This document shows positions 59,205-64,000 of a stretch of DNA of 64,000 bases, piece by piece (within the stretch, counting starts at the first letter, position 1; every line of letters begins with the position of its first letter). The DNA comes from an uncultured Rhodobacteraceae bacterium (GTDB lineage Bacteria; Pseudomonadota; Alphaproteobacteria; Rhodobacterales; Rhodobacteraceae). The notes under the pieces were generated by a model. It was not told the origin of the DNA, made no database searches, and was given only the letters and a program-made list of their open reading frames with translations. Both the position numbers and the translations under genes were made by a program. The DNA is taken from the NCBI GenBank assembly GCA_947493745.1, contig CANLSM010000001.1:89913-153912 (forward strand), given 5' to 3'.

Positions 59205-60473
59205 GTGATCATTCCCCATCATGTGACCGAAATGCTGGCCCGTGTCCGTGCCCGCATCATGCGCCCCGGCGGCGAGCAATCGCTGGACCCGAAGCCCGAG
59301 GGGGCGCACAGTTATCGCCCGGTTCGCACGGCCAGCGAAAAGAGCATCGCGCGGTATTGGGATCTTCTGATGAAGGGAGCAGCGTCAGCGACCGATCAGG
59401 AAGCGCTTGCCGACCCGACAACACTTGCGGATGCCGCAAGCTACAGCGCCAACATCGAAAACATGATCGGAACCGTCAAGGTACCGGTCGGCGTCGTCGG
59501 CCCGCTTCGGGTGAACGGCGTCTATGCCAATGGCGATTTTACGGTGCCGCTGGCCACCACAGAGGCCGCCCTCGTCGCGTCCTATGCACGCGGCGCGCAT
59601 ATCGCCTCGCGCGCTGGCGGGATCAGCACGGCGGTACTTTATGAGGGTGTGCTGAGAACCCCCGCCTTTGTCTTCGAGACACTGATGCAGGCCGGGCAGT
59701 TCGTGGACTGGGTTGTGTCCCATATCGACGGGCTCAAGTCCGAGGCCGAGAAGACCACCCGCCACGGCAAGCTTGTCTCGGTGGAGCCTGTGATCGACAC
59801 CAATGTCGTCTTCCTGCTTTGCCGTTATACCACCGGAGACGCTTCGGGGCAGAACATGGTCACGATCGCAACCGATGCGTTCTGCCGTCATGCCGCCGAG
59901 ACCTGTCCGGTTCCCATAAAGCGCTGGTATGTCGAAGGGAATTTCTCGGGCGACAAGAAAGCCTCGGCACTGGGCATGCTGACCGGGCGCGGTCGGAAGG
60001 TCAGCGCATCGGTCGTCCTGCCGGATGAACTGATCGGAAAGCTGCTCGGCACAACTGCCGAGGCAATGCTGGACTACGGGCGGGTCGCCAATCTGGGCGC
60101 GCTCTTCTCCGGTCAGATGGGAGCGCAGGCGCATTATGCGAACGCTCTGGCGGCGCTTTACATCGCCACTGGTCAGGATGCGGCCTGCGTTGCGGAAAGT
60201 GCTGTCGGGTTCACCCGGATGGAGCCGCATGAGAACGGGTTGTTCTGTTCGGTCACGATGCCCAATATCCTTGTCGGCTCGGTCGGGGGAGGCACGGGTT
60301 TGCCCAGCCAGATGGCGGGCCTCAACATCATGGGGCTGAAAGGTGCCGGCAAGGGAGCCGCATTGGCCGAAGTCACGGCAGCGCTCTGCCTATGCGGCGA
60401 GATATCCATCGTGGCGGCCCTCTCGGCCGGGGATTTCGTCCGGGCGCATGAGAGCCTCGCCCGGCACCGATGA
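59205..60473 (+). CDS. hydroxymethylglutaryl-CoA reductase family protein (class-I-like soluble catalytic domain)
   Basis: ENMIGTVKVPVGVVGPL, TTEAALVAS, DASGQNM, GNFSGDKKASA, GQDAACVAES, GSVGGGTGL and a C-terminal FVRAHESL, colinear with HMGR catalytic motifs. The start is uncertain (GTG 59205, ATG 59232 or ATG 59259). Confidence 0.8.
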   Translation: MIIPHHVTEMLARVRARIMRPGGEQSLDPKPEGAHSYRPVRTASEKSIARYWDLLMKGAASATDQEALADPTTLADAASYSANIENMIGTVKVPVGVVGPLRVNGVYANGDFTVPLATTEAALVASYARGAHIASRAGGISTAVLYEGVLRTPAFVFETLMQAGQFVDWVVSHIDGLKSEAEKTTRHGKLVSVEPVIDTNVVFLLCRYTTGDASGQNMVTIATDAFCRHAAETCPVPIKRWYVEGNFSGDKKASALGMLTGRGRKVSASVVLPDELIGKLLGTTAEAMLDYGRVANLGALFSGQMGAQAHYANALAALYIATGQDAACVAESAVGFTRMEPHENGLFCSVTMPNILVGSVGGGTGLPSQMAGLNIMGLKGAGKGAALAEVTAALCLCGEISIVAALSAGDFVRAHESLARHR

Positions 60474-61375
60474 CCCAAAGCCTCGCCTCACGCCTCTGGA
60501 TCTACCAGAAGGAGCGGTTTCCGCTGATCAAAACCCTGCCCCTGCTTGCAGTCTTCTCGGCGGCCAGCATCAATGTCTCGGCCATGATGGCCGGACGGGA
60601 TCTACCGGGCTGGGGGACATATGCAGCAGGTCTCGCACTGGCGCTGATCCTCTTTTTCCAGATGCGGGTCTGCGACGAGAACAAGGACCTTGAGGACGAC
60701 ACCCGTTATCGCCCCGAACGCCCGATCCCGCGCGGGCTCGTCAGCCTGAGGCTGATCACCGGACTGGGGCTGCTCACCGTGCCGCTGGCCGTGCTGGTTG
60801 CATGGAGCACTTCTGTTCTGTGGCTTCTGGCCATTGTGTGGATCTGGCTGGCCGCAATGACGTTCGAGTTCGGCGCACCGACCTGGCTGAAGGCACGACC
60901 GGTGCTTTACCTGCTCAGTCACATGGCGATCATGCCGTTGATCGACCTGCTGCTCACCGGGCTGGAATGGACCGGGACGGGTCCCGCACCGGACCTCTGG
61001 CTCTTTCTTGCGCTCTCGTTTGTCAACGGTTGCGTTCTGGAACTGGGCCGCAAGATCTGGGCACCGACTGCTGAACGCGAAGGGGTCGAGACCTATTCCG
61101 GGCTCTGGGGGCCACGGCGGGCGACGCAGATCTGGGTGGGACTGCTGCTGCTCGCCTTCGGCTTGTTGCTCGGCGTCGGGCTGAGCCTCGGCACGGTCTG
61201 GCCCATGGCGATTGCCGGTGGGCTGGGGCTTGCCGCATGTCTCATGGTCGCTGGCCGATATCTGCGAAACCCCGATGAGAAGGCACAGGCGCAGGTCGAT
61301 ATGATGGCTGGTTTCTGGGTCCTCATTTGCTACGGCTCTGCCGGATTTCTGTCACTTCTTGCCGGAGGTCCCTGA
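60470..61375 (+). CDS. UbiA-superfamily-like integral membrane transferase (divergent)
   Basis: About 8-9 TM segments. Asp-rich loop CDENKDLEDDTRYRPERPIPRG after TM2. The second acidic loop is Glu-based (ELGRKIWAPTAEREGVETYSGLWG). The ATG overlaps the HMGR stop (ATGA). Confidence 0.65.
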   Translation: MTQSLASRLWIYQKERFPLIKTLPLLAVFSAASINVSAMMAGRDLPGWGTYAAGLALALILFFQMRVCDENKDLEDDTRYRPERPIPRGLVSLRLITGLGLLTVPLAVLVAWSTSVLWLLAIVWIWLAAMTFEFGAPTWLKARPVLYLLSHMAIMPLIDLLLTGLEWTGTGPAPDLWLFLALSFVNGCVLELGRKIWAPTAEREGVETYSGLWGPRRATQIWVGLLLLAFGLLLGVGLSLGTVWPMAIAGGLGLAACLMVAGRYLRNPDEKAQAQVDMMAGFWVLICYGSAGFLSLLAGGP

Positions 61376-63816
61376 TGGATCCTGTCATTTCCTCAGTCGC
61401 GGCCAGAGTTGTTGACGAGGTCGGAGGCAAGGCAACCTCGCTGAATGCCCTGATCCAGGCCGGATTCCGCGCCCCTGATTTCTTTGTCATCCGGGCAGAG
61501 GCGATAAGGGACGGCCAACCCTCCTCTACCCTTGAAGATGCTCTGCCCGATGCACTCCGCGCGCTTGGAGACGGGCCATTTGCCGTGCGCTCGTCCGGGC
61601 GGGCCGAGGACGGTGCCGAGCACAGCCATGCGGGGCAGTTCGAGACCTTGCTGAACGTCGCCACGGGCGAGGTTCTGGCAGCGGCCGTAAAGGTCTGGAA
61701 GTCCGGCTTCTCGGAAACGGTCGCCACCTATCGCAACGTCAAAACCGGTGGGACGGCAGAGGCCCCGGCCATCATCGTGCAAAGGATGATCCCCGCGGAC
61801 ACCGCAGGCATCGCCTTCTCGGCGGACCCCGTGACGGGCCTGCGCGATCGGGTGGTGATCTCGGCAATCTCGGGGCTCGGGGAACAACTGGTTTCGGGCG
61901 AGGCGGATGGTGAGGACTGGGTCGTCGGATCCGACAACACTCCGCTAAAGATGCCGGACCAGCCGGAGGTTCTGAGCGCTGATCAGGCAGCCGACATCAC
62001 CGATCTCGCACGACGGGCCGAGGAAGCGTTCGGCAGACCTCAGGACATCGAATGGGCCATCGCGGATGGCATCCTCTACATCCTTCAGTCCCGCCCCATC
62101 ACCACCGAACTGCGGCCCCACGCCGTGCCCGACGATGCGCTCATCGTGCTCGACAACTCGAACATCGTGGAAAGCTATCCCGGACTGGTCTCGCCGCTCA
62201 CATATTCGTTCGCGGCTTACGTCTATGCCCGCGTCTACCGGGCCTTTGTGCGGCTGCTCGGCGTTCGCGAGCCTGCAATAGCTGCCCATGCGGCAGTCTT
62301 CGACAACATGCTCGCGCGGGTGGATGGCCGGGTCTACTACAATCTTGGCAACTGGTATCGGGCGCTGGCGCTGCTACCGGGCTTCTCGCTCAACCGCGCC
62401 TATATGGAGACGATGATGGGCGTCTCCGAACCGTTGCCTGCGGAACTCACCGACAGCATCGGCGCGGCTCCGGCAAGGGGGTTCGGCAGGGTCATGGAAT
62501 GGCTGAAGGTGCTGCCGGTCGGCCTTGGTCTGATCTGGCAGGCCAGCATATTACCGCGGACCTGCCGCCGGTTCTATGCGCGGCTCGGGCGGGCCCTGGA
62601 TCAGGCCCCGGACCTCAAGGCCGCCAACCTGACCACACTGGCTGATGAATATCGCAAGATCGAGGCTGAACTGCTGGATCAATGGGACGCACCGCTGATC
62701 AACGACTTTCTCTGCATGATCGGTTTCGGCGCATCACGGAACATGCTGGAGAAATGGCTGGGAGAGGACGGGCTGCATCTGCACAACGATCTGATGATCG
62801 GACAAGGGGATATCGTCTCTGCCGAACCTGCGCAGCGCATCGCCAAGATGGGCGCGATGGTGCGGGTTGCGGGGATCGCGGACCGGGTCGAGGCGGAGGG
62901 ACGTCGCGCGCTACGCGATCTGCCGACCGTTGAAGCGGAGGTCAACGCCTATATCGCCAAATTCGGGGACCGCTGCACACAGGAACTGAAGCTGGAGAGC
63001 ATCCCGCTGGATCAGGATGACACTGCACTGATTGCAGCCATTGCCGCCAGCGGCCGGCGGGAGGCGGCCCCCGTCATAGAGCGCCGCGACCCCGACTGGT
63101 CGACGCTTTTTGCCAGCAAACCGGTGCGCCGGATCATTGCGCGTGGCTTCACCAACTGGGCGAAGGCAAGGGTCCGCGACCGGGAGAACCTGCGGTTCGA
63201 GCGGACACGGATCTTCGGCCATGCGCGACGGGTCTTTCTGGCGATGGGGCGGGAGCTTACGGCACTTGGCCATCTCGACGCAGATCGCGACATCTTCCTG
63301 CTGACGGTCGAGGAGGTATTGGGGGCCGTCGAGGGCAACGCCCTGTCACAGGATCTCAAGGCTTTGGTCGCGTTGCGCCGAGCGGAGGAGGCAGCCTCCG
63401 CCACACGCGCCGATCCGCCCGAGCGCATCCTGGTTCGGGGTGCGGCGGTCAACCTGCCGATTGAGCATCAGTCATCGCAGGTGGAACTGAGCACCGCACA
63501 AAGCCAGACGGCAACGGGTTGCTCGGCCGGACAGGTGACCGCGACAGCCCGTGTGATTACCGACCCGCGCACCCAGACATTGACGCCTGGTGAAATCCTG
63601 ATCGCCACCAACACCGATCCGGGCTGGATTGCCGTGTTTTCCAATGCGTCGGCCATCGTGGTAGAACGCGGCTCGCTGCTGTCACACTCCGCCATTGTCG
63701 CGCGTGAGCTGGGCATCCCTTGTGTCGTCGGGCTGAAAGACGCGACGCGCTGGATCACGTCGGGTGAGCAGATCGAGGTCAACGGCAAGACCGGAGAAGT
63801 CAGGAAACTCGAATGA
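61375..63816 (+). CDS. PEP-synthase-family ATP-grasp / swivel-phosphohistidine dikinase lacking the PEP/pyruvate TIM-barrel domain (rifampicin-phosphotransferase-like architecture)
   Basis: N-terminal PPDK_N-like domain (VGGKATSLNAL...FAVRSSGRAEDG...SHAGQFETLLNV...IAFSADPVTG...QDIEWAI). C-terminal mobile domain (ILIATNTDPGWIAVFSNASAIVVERGSLLSHSAIVARELGIPCVVG). The protein ends about 35 aa later. The ATG overlaps the UbiA-like stop (TGATG). Confidence 0.75.
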   Translation: MDPVISSVAARVVDEVGGKATSLNALIQAGFRAPDFFVIRAEAIRDGQPSSTLEDALPDALRALGDGPFAVRSSGRAEDGAEHSHAGQFETLLNVATGEVLAAAVKVWKSGFSETVATYRNVKTGGTAEAPAIIVQRMIPADTAGIAFSADPVTGLRDRVVISAISGLGEQLVSGEADGEDWVVGSDNTPLKMPDQPEVLSADQAADITDLARRAEEAFGRPQDIEWAIADGILYILQSRPITTELRPHAVPDDALIVLDNSNIVESYPGLVSPLTYSFAAYVYARVYRAFVRLLGVREPAIAAHAAVFDNMLARVDGRVYYNLGNWYRALALLPGFSLNRAYMETMMGVSEPLPAELTDSIGAAPARGFGRVMEWLKVLPVGLGLIWQASILPRTCRRFYARLGRALDQAPDLKAANLTTLADEYRKIEAELLDQWDAPLINDFLCMIGFGASRNMLEKWLGEDGLHLHNDLMIGQGDIVSAEPAQRIAKMGAMVRVAGIADRVEAEGRRALRDLPTVEAEVNAYIAKFGDRCTQELKLESIPLDQDDTALIAAIAASGRREAAPVIERRDPDWSTLFASKPVRRIIARGFTNWAKARVRDRENLRFERTRIFGHARRVFLAMGRELTALGHLDADRDIFLLTVEEVLGAVEGNALSQDLKALVALRRAEEAASATRADPPERILVRGAAVNLPIEHQSSQVELSTAQSQTATGCSAGQVTATARVITDPRTQTLTPGEILIATNTDPGWIAVFSNASAIVVERGSLLSHSAIVARELGIPCVVGLKDATRWITSGEQIEVNGKTGEVRKLE

Positions 63817-64000
63817 GCCAGGCCGATATCGCCACACGCGCCAGTTTCGAGGCCATTCGCTATGCCCAGTTGTGGGAGGATGCGGATGTGCTGACGCAGG
63901 CCATGGGCGATGTGGCGGGCAAAACCCTCGTCTCGATCTGCTCGGCGGGTGACAATGCGCTGGCGCTCCTGACACTTGATCCAGCCAAGGTGGTCGTGCT
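63813..64000 (+). CDS. BtaA/DUF3419-like SAM-dependent enzyme (N-terminal 62 aa only; continues beyond the window)
   Basis: Hand translation MSQADIATRASFEAIRYAQLWEDADVLTQAMGDVAGKTLVSICSAGDNALALLTLDPAKVVV. The RYAQxWED and SxxSAGxNALxLL blocks match what I remember of the BtaA/DUF3419 N-terminus. The ATG overlaps the upstream stop (ATGA). Confidence 0.55.
   Translation, partial: MSQADIATRASFEAIRYAQLWEDADVLTQAMGDVAGKTLVSICSAGDNALALLTLDPAKVVV

Noticed and set aside
53715-64000. Whether the exporter/HMGR locus is a mobile genomic island.
   Set aside because: No integrase, transposase, tRNA gene or flanking direct repeats are visible inside the window, and the GC content looks similar to the flanks. 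The right-hand boundary lies outside the window, so mobility can be neither supported nor excluded.
1-64000. tRNA, rRNA, CRISPR arrays, IS elements and large tandem or interspersed repeats.
   Set aside because: Intergenic gaps are short, mostly under 260 bp. None showed cloverleaf-type tRNA sequence features, repeat-spacer periodicity or terminal inverted repeats on visual inspection.

Overview
This is a high-GC (about 60-65%) chromosomal segment that looks alphaproteobacterial. Gene content suggests Rhodobacterales (roseobacter group), but that is an inference. About 58 kb is tightly packed core metabolism: aroC (partial), the cytochrome bc1 operon petABC, trmL, the HDAC-like/xseB/ispA/dxs operon, adhC, arfB, yhhQ, a flagellar block (fliM <> motB-flgE-flgK-flgL-flgI), a nine-gene Dpp-type ABC/peptidase/ALDH operon, yggS, ribA, a CenR/PetR-like response regulator, the leucine-catabolic liuB-(nuclease)-liuD-liuE-liuC cluster, betI-betA, a cyclooxygenase-like haem peroxidase, and a urate-to-glyoxylate cluster (puuD, LysR, uraH, puuE::uraD fusion, allE, allA, NCS2 permease). 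The stretch that looks accessory and unexplained is 53.7-64.0 kb. On the minus strand it carries a type-I-secretion-like operon with two non-identical ABC half-transporters, both with non-canonical signature motifs, plus a HlyD adaptor. On the plus strand, transcribed divergently, is a translationally coupled operon: class-I-type HMG-CoA reductase, a divergent UbiA-family membrane transferase, a rifampicin-phosphotransferase-like ATP-grasp/swivel-His dikinase, and a BtaA/DUF3419-like SAM enzyme cut by the window edge. The same window carries dxs and ispA (MEP route) and none of the other mevalonate-pathway genes. I know of no described pathway with this gene set, so it is my best candidate for a new system. 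Smaller items are a preQ1-I-like pseudoknot upstream of yhhQ, a structured leader rich in SD/anti-SD motifs upstream of arfB, and a perfect BetI operator. I saw no tRNA, rRNA, CRISPR, IS or integrase genes. All calls come from reading the ORF translations and DNA by eye; no similarity search was run, and start codons trimmed from the ORF track are my own judgement.
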